From Candidatus Melainabacteria bacterium (lineage in GTDB: Bacteria > Cyanobacteriota > Vampirovibrionia > Obscuribacterales > JAKAZS01), in contig DAHXLC010000078.1 in assembly GCA_027371815.1 (NCBI GenBank), positions 1 to 37,894 of the forward strand: a stretch of 37,894 bases of DNA, read 5' to 3'. The notes under the pieces are model-generated. The model searched no databases and was not told where the DNA came from. It saw nothing but the letters and a program-made list of their open reading frames with translations. The number at the start of each line of letters is the position of its first letter. Positions within the stretch are counted from its first letter, which is position 1. Below, piece by piece: positions 1 through 8,712 of this stretch. The translations under genes and the position numbers were made by a program.

Positions 1-990
1 CCCATTAGAATAAATATAATTATAAACAGTATAGGGTTTACGTAACATTTCGCGCATCCATTCAGTAGTCCCAGTAACCATGAAACCACATAATAAGAAC
101 ATTAACGATATACCAAAGGTAAAGCCCTTAGGATTAAGATATGGTCCTACATAAGCAAAAACAACAATAGTACCGGATAAAATTAAACTCAAATAAGTAG
201 CTCTAGTTAAAATAGAAAAATTGCCTACCCCTGACGTTTGAATACCATTAGCAATAGTCATAATAGTTTCATGCGGAATTTGGGTAAAGTACCAAAATCC
301 AATTATTGGTCCAGCAATAAATACAGGCATTAACCATTTAGCACTATATTTCACCATTCTTTCTCTTAAATTATCATCTTTAATCCTACTAGAAGTAACT
401 AAAGCATAAATACCAGCTATGGCTAACATAATTAAAATACGAATAAATAAAGACGGAAAATACGTTGGGTTTAAAAATCCATCTAACCAATTATGCGTTT
501 GAATCCATTTTCCTGGGGTCAACATAAAAGTTAAAATGCCATTAATAATAACCAAGGTAAACACTGAAAACCATAAATACAAATTAGCTAATTTAAGATG
601 AATTTCCTTAGAAACTTTGTCCCAAGTATAATAATAAGCAAAAGCTGTAGCTATTTCAGCCGCAAAAAACAAATATTCCCAGGCCCAAGCAAAAGCAAAG
701 TTTTGAATTAAAATCGCAATCGTATCAGGTGAAACCAGACTAACCGAAAACCAGATACCCACTCCAGTAATTGCACCACCAGCGGTAGTTATTAAGACAA
801 AAAAACGAGTATGTTTTTTTAAATAGTCATAAATACCTTCATCGTTTTCTTTATAGGCTTTACGTTCAGTTAAGGCTAAATAAAAACCACTACCAACTGC
901 AAAATGTGAAATAAATATATGGATTATGGAAATTATCCCGATAATCCAGCTACCACCTAAAAATGGCACCAGCCAAATAGGATAATTCAT
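1..990 (-). CDS. Polytopic membrane protein, cytochrome bd subunit I (CydA)-like without a long Q-loop (tentative). The 3' end is cut by the window edge.
   Basis: Absent from the ORF track because it runs off the window. My reverse-complement translation from the ATG at 990..988 stays open for all 330 codons down to nt 1: MNYPIWLVPFLGGSWIIGIISIIHIFISHFAVGSGFYLALTE...FAWAWEYLFFAAEIATAFAYYYTWDKVSKEIH...INGILTFMLTPGKW...TGTTEWMREMLRKPYTVYNYIYSNG. The start overlaps the cytochrome b stop (ATGA at 987..990). The sequence is very hydrophobic with many predicted TM helices. The motifs recall the CydA helix-1 His region, FFxE...GW and E..GRQPW; this is from memory, not computed. Confidence 0.6.
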   Translation of the reverse strand, partial: MNYPIWLVPFLGGSWIIGIISIIHIFISHFAVGSGFYLALTERKAYKENDEGIYDYLKKHTRFFVLITTAGGAITGVGIWFSVSLVSPDTIAILIQNFAFAWAWEYLFFAAEIATAFAYYYTWDKVSKEIHLKLANLYLWFSVFTLVIINGILTFMLTPGKWIQTHNWLDGFLNPTYFPSLFIRILIMLAIAGIYALVTSSRIKDDNLRERMVKYSAKWLMPVFIAGPIIGFWYFTQIPHETIMTIANGIQTSGVGNFSILTRATYLSLILSGTIVVFAYVGPYLNPKGFTFGISLMFLLCGFMVTGTTEWMREMLRKPYTVYNYIYSNG

Positions 991-2087
991 GATAAAGCCC
1001 CCCAAATAGAAAATACAATCATGGAAAGTAAAACTATTAGACCAAAATAAGTAGCTAATTGAGCTAATTTTTGCGATCTTCCCTTATCCCAAAATGGCAC
1101 CAAACCAAGGATTAAAACAATTAAACCAATTATGGTAATGCCAAATAATTCACCTTCAATTGGCCCAATATAAGCTGGGATTAATTTTAAGAATTGAAAC
1201 ATCGCTAAAAAATACCATTCAGGCTTTATACCTATAGGCGCTGGTGCAAATGGATTAGCTTCTTCACCTAGACCCCAAGGTAAAAAAGTAACTAATACGA
1301 ATAAAACATTTAGCGCTAAAATCCAAACTAATAAATCTTTAAAAATAAAATCGGGGAAGAATTTTTCATACTTAACTTCATTTACTTTAATGCTTTTAGG
1401 TGTGGAAATACCTTGTAATTGAATTAACAACAAATGAATTCCTAACAAACCAAATAACAACAAAGGTAAAATAATTACATGAATAGTAAAAAATCTGGAT
1501 AAGGTATTTTGCGAAATTATACTACCACCTCTTAAAACTGTAGCCAATTGGTCACCTAATACTGGGACTTTAGAGGTAATATCTAGACCAATTTTAGTTG
1601 CAAATAAAGAAACCTGATCCCAGGGTAATAAATATCCCGTAAAACCAAATCCCATAACTAAGACTAATAAACCCATACCAACCAGCCAGGTAATTTCCCG
1701 TGGCTTACGATAAGCTTTCATAAAATAAGTACTAAATAAATGCAAAAAAACCACAAATATCATTAAATTTGCCGCCCAACAATGCAGTGAACGCACAAAC
1801 CAGCCAAAATCAATACGGGTATTTATTTTTAAAATACTGGCATGAGCTGAATTTAAATCCGGTACATAATATATCATAAGTAAAATACCAGTTATAATCT
1901 GAACAATTAAAAACATTAAGGAAATTCCACCCATATAATACCAAACTGAATGTTTATGGATTGGGACTTCTTTTTTTTGGGCTATTTGCCAAATTGAAAC
2001 TAAATCCATTCGTTCATTTAACCATTTAAATAATGGATTCATTGATTTTTCCGGATCATTACTTTCGGGCAATAGTTCTGTAGCCAT
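987..2087 (-). CDS. petB: Cytochrome b, b6-like N-terminal half fused to a subunit IV-like C-terminal half
   Basis: Collinear with cytochrome b6: FGWFVRSLHCWAANLMIFVVFLHLF gives the helix B His pair. FFTIHVIILPLLLFGLLGIH gives the helix D His pair with 14 intervening residues, which is b6/Firmicute-type spacing. LPWDQ is present and PEWYF lies in the C-terminal half. The residue at the b6 Cys35 position is Tyr (VWYYMGG), so no covalent heme ci site is apparent. I prefer the ATG at 2087 (MATELLPE), preceded by TGAGG 9 nt upstream, over the TTG at 2102. Confidence 0.95.
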   Translation of the reverse strand: MATELLPESNDPEKSMNPLFKWLNERMDLVSIWQIAQKKEVPIHKHSVWYYMGGISLMFLIVQIITGILLMIYYVPDLNSAHASILKINTRIDFGWFVRSLHCWAANLMIFVVFLHLFSTYFMKAYRKPREITWLVGMGLLVLVMGFGFTGYLLPWDQVSLFATKIGLDITSKVPVLGDQLATVLRGGSIISQNTLSRFFTIHVIILPLLLFGLLGIHLLLIQLQGISTPKSIKVNEVKYEKFFPDFIFKDLLVWILALNVLFVLVTFLPWGLGEEANPFAPAPIGIKPEWYFLAMFQFLKLIPAYIGPIEGELFGITIIGLIVLILGLVPFWDKGRSQKLAQLATYFGLIVLLSMIVFSIWGALS

Positions 2088-2115
2088 GGTTTTAAACCTC
2101 AAAAAAAAAGTAAAT

Positions 2116-2601
2116 TTAAGCTCTGCTTACAACAATACTATCATTTTCAACTTTAACAGCTAACGCCGACAATGGTTTAGGGGGAGGGCCTGACACATTT
2201 TTACCGGTATCCGGATTATAACAGCCACCATGACATGCGCACCAGATGAGACTTTTATCTGATCGATATTGCACCGTACAGCCTAAATGCGTACACACAG
2301 CATTAAATGCATGAAAGCTACCATCTTGAGCATGAATAACTATGGCTGGTGAACTGCCAAATTGAAAATTTTTACCCGTATTAACCGGCAATTCAGCAAC
2401 TTTACACACTGTCACACTACTTACATTAGATTCGCTAGATGTAGCATCACTATTTCCTGAAGCAAGATACCTGTAAATAGGATAAAGCGCCATGCCCGCC
2501 CAGGATAAAGAAAACACACCCAATACCATTTTTAAAAACTGTTTTCGCCCTACTGGTTGAATTGGTTCGGTTGTTTTCCATTCATTAGAGACTTTTTCCA
2601 T
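2116..2601 (-). CDS. petC: Rieske [2Fe-2S] iron-sulfur subunit
   Basis: Both cluster-binding boxes are present: CTHLGCTV and CACHGGCY. An N-terminal TM anchor is preceded by GRKQFLK, an RK variant of the twin-arginine motif. The gene lies immediately upstream of cytochrome b on the same strand. Confidence 0.95.
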   Translation of the reverse strand: MEKVSNEWKTTEPIQPVGRKQFLKMVLGVFSLSWAGMALYPIYRYLASGNSDATSSESNVSSVTVCKVAELPVNTGKNFQFGSSPAIVIHAQDGSFHAFNAVCTHLGCTVQYRSDKSLIWCACHGGCYNPDTGKNVSGPPPKPLSALAVKVENDSIVVSRA

Positions 2602-2621
2602 GATTTACTTCCTCAATAATT

Positions 2622-3764
2622 TTAAACTGATTTTTTTTGATGAAATGCATTCCAGATCAAATGACTTAACCAATAAAAATAATAAATTAGCCCAATAGCC
2701 GAAATGGAAAAGATTATAATTAAATCCCATTGCATTTTAACGGGAACTAATTCTGGTTTAATTAAATTTTGAAAATAAAAAGAACGTAATTCATGACGAT
2801 TAATTATCATAGCCAAAACAACCGACAAACCAAGTGTCAATTCAGCATAATACGCTTTAACACTGCCACTAAAACTAGCTAGTGCGCTAGCTAATAGCGC
2901 TAACAAAGCTAAAAACATTGCCAAGCTAAATACCAGCGTACTGATTTTATCCTGACCCATAAAATTTACCATAATATCATGTGGTATCGAAAATAAAAAC
3001 CAAACGCCCACAGGAATTTGTAATAAAGTTATACCTAAAAATATTTTCGAACCAAGTTTAATGGCAAATTTACTAAATTCATCTTGATTGTCGACTCGAT
3101 AAGCTCCCAAACCAGCAACAGCCAAACCAGCTATAGCAATGGCTGCAAGTACGAAATGACTATAACGAGCAAGCAATTGTGGCTCATGAAGATTTAAATT
3201 TAAACCAGTCGGATGTGCCATATACATAGCTAACCATTTTTGCGGCGTTAACATTAATGTAGTATTATTGGTAAACAAAAAAGCAATAGTTAAAAAACCC
3301 ATAAAACCAATAAATAATAATATGACAGCTTTAACGTCAGCTGGAGACTTATCATTTTTCTGCGTATTAAGATATCGGTAAATTACAATATAGGTAATAT
3401 AATATGAAACCAACAATAAAAACAATATCGAAATCCAAGGAACCGCAATTAATACTGAAGCAGTATAGAACATTGGCCCATATAGCAATTGGATAAACAA
3501 TAATGGAACAATGCCTTGAGTTATGGCAAAAGATATAAAAATTGGCAATGAATAAGCCAATCTTCGTCCTAATTGATAAATATTTGAATCATGGTTATTG
3601 CGTCCAAAAAATAAAAATATTGGCGCTAAAAGCGATCCCCCTAGAGATACATTCATGGGAACAACATGCAAAAAAAATCCCAATACTAATAATAGCTCTA
3701 AAAACCAAACTGGAGCCGGCATAGGAAGATTTTGATAATTAGGAATTATATTGTGTATATCCAT
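2622..3764 (-). CDS. Polytopic membrane protein, paralog of the 1..990 product (bd-like superfamily, tentative); first gene of the operon
   Basis: 380 aa, about 10 hydrophobic segments, no Cys at all. It shares motifs at matching positions with the 1..990 product: FLHVVPMNVSLGGS vs ISHFAVGSGF, TLMLTPQKW vs LTFMLTPGKW, and EPQLLARYSHFVLAAIAIAG vs NPTYFPSLFIRILIMLAIAG. It is separated from the Rieske gene by 20 nt. Confidence 0.55.
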   Translation of the reverse strand: MDIHNIIPNYQNLPMPAPVWFLELLLVLGFFLHVVPMNVSLGGSLLAPIFLFFGRNNHDSNIYQLGRRLAYSLPIFISFAITQGIVPLLFIQLLYGPMFYTASVLIAVPWISILFLLLVSYYITYIVIYRYLNTQKNDKSPADVKAVILLFIGFMGFLTIAFLFTNNTTLMLTPQKWLAMYMAHPTGLNLNLHEPQLLARYSHFVLAAIAIAGLAVAGLGAYRVDNQDEFSKFAIKLGSKIFLGITLLQIPVGVWFLFSIPHDIMVNFMGQDKISTLVFSLAMFLALLALLASALASFSGSVKAYYAELTLGLSVVLAMIINRHELRSFYFQNLIKPELVPVKMQWDLIIIFSISAIGLIYYFYWLSHLIWNAFHQKKSV

Positions 3765-4144
3765 ATAATTAAATCCCTTGAAAAAAGCTTAATCAATACA
3801 ATTATATTAAGCAACTAACCACTAACTACTTAACTTATAATTACTTTCATTAAATCAATAGAAAGTCTAAAACAAATCCTTCCAAAGGATGATTTATGCC
3901 AATGACATCCTTGCTTGTCAATTCGTTAATAATAGACTTAAGCTAAACTTATGCTTACCAATTCAACATACCCCATATCAATTAAGCTTACTTTTTAATC
4001 ACTAGACTGAAATAGCACACGTTTGCATATCCATCACAACTCCAAAGGCTATACCAAAATTAAATTGCCAAAATATCCCTAAATTTAATGTAAAATCCAA
4101 CAAAATATATTATTATTTGGTCGTAAAGTCCAGATTATGGTATA

Positions 4145-5536
4145 TTGTCAAGTTTGTCCTTAACCAAGCCACCAGTTATAAATAAGACCAATAGCTTAAT
4201 TCAAGCCTGTACTAAAGTAATCAAGCAAAAATCAGCATCATTTCATATCCCTGGCCATAAAAGCCATAAACAATTTAACCACTTCCTATCTAACGGTCAA
4301 AGCTACGATCTTACTGAGTTAGTGAACTTAGATGATTTATACCATCCCCAATCAACGATAAAAAAAATCGAAACTGATTTAAGTTCAAAATTTGGCTCAG
4401 TCGAAAGCATTATATCAACCAATGGTGCTTCTTCTCTTATTATTGCCAGTCTAATTGAAATAGCCAAATTTGGTACTAGGGTTATAGTCCCAGTAAATAG
4501 CCATGTAAGCGTAATAAATGCCTTAATTCTAACTGGCCTTGAACCCATCTGGCTCGAACCTGATTATGATGAAAACTGGAATTTATATACCACGATAAAT
4601 ATTACAAAACTTAAAAATACTTTAAGTAATAACAAAAACGAACAAATTGCGGGTTTGATTATCACATCACCAACTTACGCTGGAGACGTTAGCAATATTT
4701 CTCAAATTGCTCAAATCTGTCAAGAAGCTAATATTTACCTTATTGTTGATGAATCGCATGGCAGTCATTTATTGTTTAATGGTCAAGAGTCTCTTAGCGC
4801 CCTTAAAACTACCGCCCACATTGTTATCCACTCGTTACATAAAACCTTATCAGCACTAACCCAATCAGCCTGCCTTCACATTAATCAAAAATTACCTTTT
4901 AATACCAATGATCTGAAAAACAATTTAAAACTCATTTCAACATCTAGTCCTAGCTATTTGATCATGTTATCTATTGAAGAAAGTTTGAAAAATTTAAATT
5001 CGGAAAATTTCATATCAGTAAATAATATTCAAACTGAAATCAACCAAAATTTAGCATCACTAAACCATATTTATCATTATAAACCAAATCACCAAATAGA
5101 TTCATGGCATATTTTAATAAAAAGCAACAGTATTACTAGTGATAAATTAGCATCGTTTTTAATAAATCAGGGTATTTATCCGGAAGGTTTAATCGGTAAT
5201 GGAGTGTTATTAATGCTCGGTCTTGGTTCTCAAAATAATGATAGTAAATTTTTACGCAAAGCATTAAATGCCTTTAAAGAATCCAAACCCCAAACAAATT
5301 CAGTCAGTCCCAAATTTAATAAACCATTACCTTTGTTTAACCAGGTAATGTCACCACGACAAGCCTATTTTGCTAAAACCAAAACGATCAAAGTTGCGGA
5401 TAGTCTTAATAAAATTAGCGCCCAAAATATATCTATTTGCCCTCCTGGTACACCTCTAATCGTACCAGGTGCTATCATTACTCAAGAAATTAAAAATAAT
5501 ATCAAGGATTTATCAATTAAAATTGTTAATGTATAA
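4145..5536 (+). CDS. PLP-dependent Orn/Lys/Arg decarboxylase family protein
   Basis: It has the N-terminal FHIPGHK motif typical of this family (compare the Bacillus YaaO/SpeA-like FHVPGHK). It also has the S-x-HK PLP-lysine motif (HSLHKTL) and DESHG. The start is uncertain: TTG at 4145 or 4154, no ATG, no clear SD. Confidence 0.8.
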   Translation: MSSLSLTKPPVINKTNSLIQACTKVIKQKSASFHIPGHKSHKQFNHFLSNGQSYDLTELVNLDDLYHPQSTIKKIETDLSSKFGSVESIISTNGASSLIIASLIEIAKFGTRVIVPVNSHVSVINALILTGLEPIWLEPDYDENWNLYTTINITKLKNTLSNNKNEQIAGLIITSPTYAGDVSNISQIAQICQEANIYLIVDESHGSHLLFNGQESLSALKTTAHIVIHSLHKTLSALTQSACLHINQKLPFNTNDLKNNLKLISTSSPSYLIMLSIEESLKNLNSENFISVNNIQTEINQNLASLNHIYHYKPNHQIDSWHILIKSNSITSDKLASFLINQGIYPEGLIGNGVLLMLGLGSQNNDSKFLRKALNAFKESKPQTNSVSPKFNKPLPLFNQVMSPRQAYFAKTKTIKVADSLNKISAQNISICPPGTPLIVPGAIITQEIKNNIKDLSIKIVNV

Positions 5537-5563
5537 TAAATTTACAACCTCAGGAGCAAACAA

Positions 5564-7159
5564 ATGGAAGTAATACCACCACCAGATGATTTAAATTCAT
5601 TTTTATTAATTTTGCCAGAACCAATAAAAAAAGTCCTTGAAAAAAATATCAATGGTCTTTATGAGGTAGTTTTAGATCTTGGACGCAAACCTGAAGCTAG
5701 ATACTTAGATAAACATACCTTGTTTTTAGCTGATAAAAATATAACGTTTAGCGATCTAGATTATGCCGTTAGTAAAATTGGTGATTTTTCTGCTGATAAT
5801 CGAGCGGGGATTGAAAGCACCTTACATCGCATCTCGGCTATCCGCAATCGCAGTGGTAAAGTTATTGGTTTAACCTGTAGAGTTGGGCGGGCAGTTACCG
5901 GAACTATTGAAATTATGTCTGATTTAATTTCTTCGGGCAAATCAATCTTATTTTTAGGGCCTCCTGGGGTCGGTAAAACTACTAAACTTAGAGAAATTAC
6001 CCGCGTATTAGCTGATGAAATTGGCAAACGGGTTATTGTGATTGACACATCCAATGAAATTGCTGGTGATGGGGATGTCCCACATCCGGCTATCGGCAGA
6101 GCCCGAAGAATGCAAGTATCATGTCCAGCACTCCAGCATCATGTTATGATTGAAGCTGTTGAAAATCACACACCTGAAGTGATTGTCATTGATGAAATTG
6201 GCACTATGGAAGAGGCTAGTGCAGCTCGCACTATAGCCGAACGGGGTGTGATGCTAATTGGTACGGCTCACGGTAATGCTTTAGAAAATTTAATTAAAAA
6301 TCCAACCCTGGTTGATTTAGTTGGGGGGATTCAGGCTGTAACTTTAGGTGACGATGAAGCCAGGCGACGTGGCACGCAAAAAACGGTTCTGGAACGTTCT
6401 AATAAACCAACTTTTGAAATCTGCGTAGAAATTATTGACCGGCTAACTATAGCAGTTCATCCCAACGTGGGTGAGGCGGTTGATCAATTACTTAGAGGTT
6501 GGAAAATTCATCCTGAAGTCCGTAGGCGTGATGATAGTACCGGCAAGGTTAGTGTCGTTCAGCCGAAAGTTAACACCATTGTCCCTAATTCACTAGAATT
6601 AATTCAAGGCGCTTTAGACAATCCAGCTATTACACTTAATCCCGGTGATACCGAATTAAAAATTTATCCCTATGCCGTAAGTAAAGGCTTACTAGAAAGA
6701 GTAATTAAATCTTTAGGTTTGCCAGCTATCGTCGTTAAAACTATTGATGAAGCCGATGCAATCTTAGCCTTAAAAAGTTATGCGCGCTCTGGAGCTAAAA
6801 TCTTTTCTTTAGCTGAAGCCAATGAAATTCCCATTTATATTGTAAAAAGCAATAGTTTACCGCAAATTCAAAAAGTTTTACGCATGGCCTTAAAACTTGA
6901 TGATGATTCAATAACTTCCATAGATTTAGAAGGTGATATTGATGAGACCGAAATTGCCCTAGAAGAAACCCGTCAAATCATTAATAAAGTTATGGATAAA
7001 CAAGAGCCAATGGAATTAACCCCGCGTAGAGCCTATATTCGCAGACTACAACACCAATTAGTTGAACAGCATAAATTAAGTTCGCGCAGCATTGGTGATG
7101 AACCCATGCGTCGCTTGAAAATATTGCCCGGTGGCAATAGTAATTTAGGCTTTATTTAA
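5564..7159 (+). CDS. AAA+ ATPase with C-terminal R3H domain (Ycf45 / SpoIIIAA-like nucleic-acid-binding protein)
   Basis: Walker A is GPPGVGKTT and Walker B is VIVIDEIG. The C-terminal R3H-like segment is RRAYIRRLQHQLVEQHKLSSRSIGDEPMRRLKILP. A GGAG SD precedes the ATG. Confidence 0.8.
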   Translation: MEVIPPPDDLNSFLLILPEPIKKVLEKNINGLYEVVLDLGRKPEARYLDKHTLFLADKNITFSDLDYAVSKIGDFSADNRAGIESTLHRISAIRNRSGKVIGLTCRVGRAVTGTIEIMSDLISSGKSILFLGPPGVGKTTKLREITRVLADEIGKRVIVIDTSNEIAGDGDVPHPAIGRARRMQVSCPALQHHVMIEAVENHTPEVIVIDEIGTMEEASAARTIAERGVMLIGTAHGNALENLIKNPTLVDLVGGIQAVTLGDDEARRRGTQKTVLERSNKPTFEICVEIIDRLTIAVHPNVGEAVDQLLRGWKIHPEVRRRDDSTGKVSVVQPKVNTIVPNSLELIQGALDNPAITLNPGDTELKIYPYAVSKGLLERVIKSLGLPAIVVKTIDEADAILALKSYARSGAKIFSLAEANEIPIYIVKSNSLPQIQKVLRMALKLDDDSITSIDLEGDIDETEIALEETRQIINKVMDKQEPMELTPRRAYIRRLQHQLVEQHKLSSRSIGDEPMRRLKILPGGNSNLGFI

Positions 7160-7236
7160 ATTGTATTAAAACAAAAATAACCAGAAATCATCAAAAAATC
7201 TGGCTATTTTATTTTTTTTATTAACCGCACAACTAA

Positions 7237-7815
7237 CTAAAACGGCATAAAAGTTGCTTCAGCTAAAGATTTAGTTATACTGGCAATTTTTAATTCTACT
7301 TGTTTTACTTGAGCCTGATTATCTTTGTATAAAACTTCTAAGGCTTGAGGAACTTTTTCTGCGGGCAATTCAAGCGCCTGATTAAATTTTTTCATGAAAT
7401 CTTCACTTTGTTGTTTTAAACCAGCTTCTGGTCCATTAGGATGAGCAGTAATCGCATCAATACCGTTTTTATCTGGTGACACATTCGAAGATTCATTACC
7501 TTTAACATCTTTATGTAAAATTTCTGGGCCGGCAATTACTTTAATATCATCACCTTTGCCGTCTTTATGCAAAATTTCTGGGCCGGCAATTGCTTTAATA
7601 TCATCACCTTTGCCGTCTTTATGCAAAATTTCTACTCCAGAATTAGCGGTCTTATCAGCACTTTTCGCTACTGCAGAACCATCACCTGAACTAGCATTCT
7701 TATTACCATCCATCAATTGTTTGGCCGCAATACCAAAACCATTTAATTTACTCTGTTTACCTTCACTACCATCTGATTTAATTTTTTTCAATTTTGTTTG
7801 GAACTGGTTCTTCAA
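7237..7815 (-). CDS. Hypothetical hydrophilic protein with tandem 18-aa repeats
   Basis: 192-aa ORF with a TTG start and no signal peptide or TM segment. It is Lys/Asp/Gly/Ser-rich. The central EILHKDGKGDDIK(A/V)IAGP unit is repeated about 2.6 times. The C-terminal part looks helical (ALELPAEKVPQALEVLYKDNQAQVKQVELKIASITKSL). I recognise no family. Confidence 0.5.
   Translation of the reverse strand: MKNQFQTKLKKIKSDGSEGKQSKLNGFGIAAKQLMDGNKNASSGDGSAVAKSADKTANSGVEILHKDGKGDDIKAIAGPEILHKDGKGDDIKVIAGPEILHKDVKGNESSNVSPDKNGIDAITAHPNGPEAGLKQQSEDFMKKFNQALELPAEKVPQALEVLYKDNQAQVKQVELKIASITKSLAEATFMPF
7508..7636. repeat. 54-bp in-frame tandem repeat, about 2.4 copies
   Basis: The unit tctttatg(t/c)aaaatttctgggccggcaatt(a/g)ctttaatatcatcacctttgccg occurs at 7508..7561 and 7562..7615. 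A partial third copy follows from 7616. Confidence 0.9.
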
Positions 7816-8010
7816 ATTTACCCATAGTTTTTAATTCCTTTTGTTAAGCTGTATATATTATACTACCCAAAATTTAAACATGTTAGACATGTATTAAACT
7901 TACATTTAAAATTTAATCTAAAATTTAAGCTAAAACAATGTAAAATTTCTCATAATTTAATCTATTTTTGCGTATTTTCACTAATGAAAATTTCCTTTTA
8001 CCACCTTAAC

Positions 8011-8574
8011 TTACTTTAAGCTAAGAATATCAGCGGTTTTTAAGGTTTTAATCCCCTGAGAAGCTAGTTTTTTTTGAAAAGTTAAATTATCCATATTTAC
8101 ATTAATACCTTTACAGGCATCAAGAATTATATAGGTTGCAAAATTATACTTAACAGCGTCAATTGCTGTACTCAAAACACAAAAATCTAATGCCAAACCA
8201 ACAATATATATAGATTGAATTTTTTGCGCTAATAAATATGGTAATAATTCAGGATTTTCAAAGCCACTTAATGTATCAACTTTATCGTCCATACCTTTAT
8301 GAAATAGTTTAATATTACTATTAACATAAAGAGTACTTGGAGGATTATAGCCATAACTGCCTTCAATACAATGCTGCCCCCACTTAGCAAAACTTTTATG
8401 GGTAGGTTTATGACAATCACGAATATCAACAACTAGCTTAAAGAAAGAATTACAACTTAACTCATTAACGTTAGGAATAATTTCTTGAGCCCTAGCAATT
8501 GCAACACTACTATTGGCAAGAAAATCATTTTGAATATCGACTCGAATTAAAGCCTTTGAAGATAAGTTAGCCAT
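8011..8574 (-). CDS. pncA: Nicotinamidase / isochorismatase-family hydrolase
   Basis: It has ALIRVDIQNDF (catalytic Asp region), KGMDDKVD and GLALDFCV (catalytic Cys). I prefer the ATG at 8574 (MANLSSK) to the upstream TTG at 8595. Confidence 0.75.
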   Translation of the reverse strand: MANLSSKALIRVDIQNDFLANSSVAIARAQEIIPNVNELSCNSFFKLVVDIRDCHKPTHKSFAKWGQHCIEGSYGYNPPSTLYVNSNIKLFHKGMDDKVDTLSGFENPELLPYLLAQKIQSIYIVGLALDFCVLSTAIDAVKYNFATYIILDACKGINVNMDNLTFQKKLASQGIKTLKTADILSLK

Positions 8575-8712
8575 ATGAAATTCACCAGCAACCAACAGAT
8601 TTTTATTAAATTCTCTTAACCTTAATAATGTATTTATTTAAACAAGGTATAGAAATTAGTTATTTTAATTATAATACAAGTAAGCCCCTATGTTAATTCT
8701 AATCTAAATCCC

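Noticed and set aside
3876-3912. Mutually exclusive hairpins (atcctt/aaggat and aaggatg/catcctt) in the divergent intergenic region, resembling an attenuator
   Set aside because: The stems are only 6-7 bp. There is no following U-tract and no leader peptide. The site is about 240 nt from the nearest start codon on one side and about 110 nt on the other. Such short complementarities are expected by chance in a 380-bp AT-rich spacer.
4117-4146. TTGGTC, 18 nt, TATATT promoter-like match overlapping the TTG start of the decarboxylase gene. A TTGACA at 34041 upstream of korA is a similar case.
   Set aside because: -10-like hexamers are abundant by chance at this base composition. The first would place the transcription start inside the annotated start codon. 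Neither is supportable without transcript mapping.
7181-7219. Possible bidirectional terminator between the convergent genes ending at 7159 and 7237
   Set aside because: Only a 5-bp stem (ccaga/tctgg) with a 13-nt loop, followed by a T-rich run. That is too weak to report as a feature.
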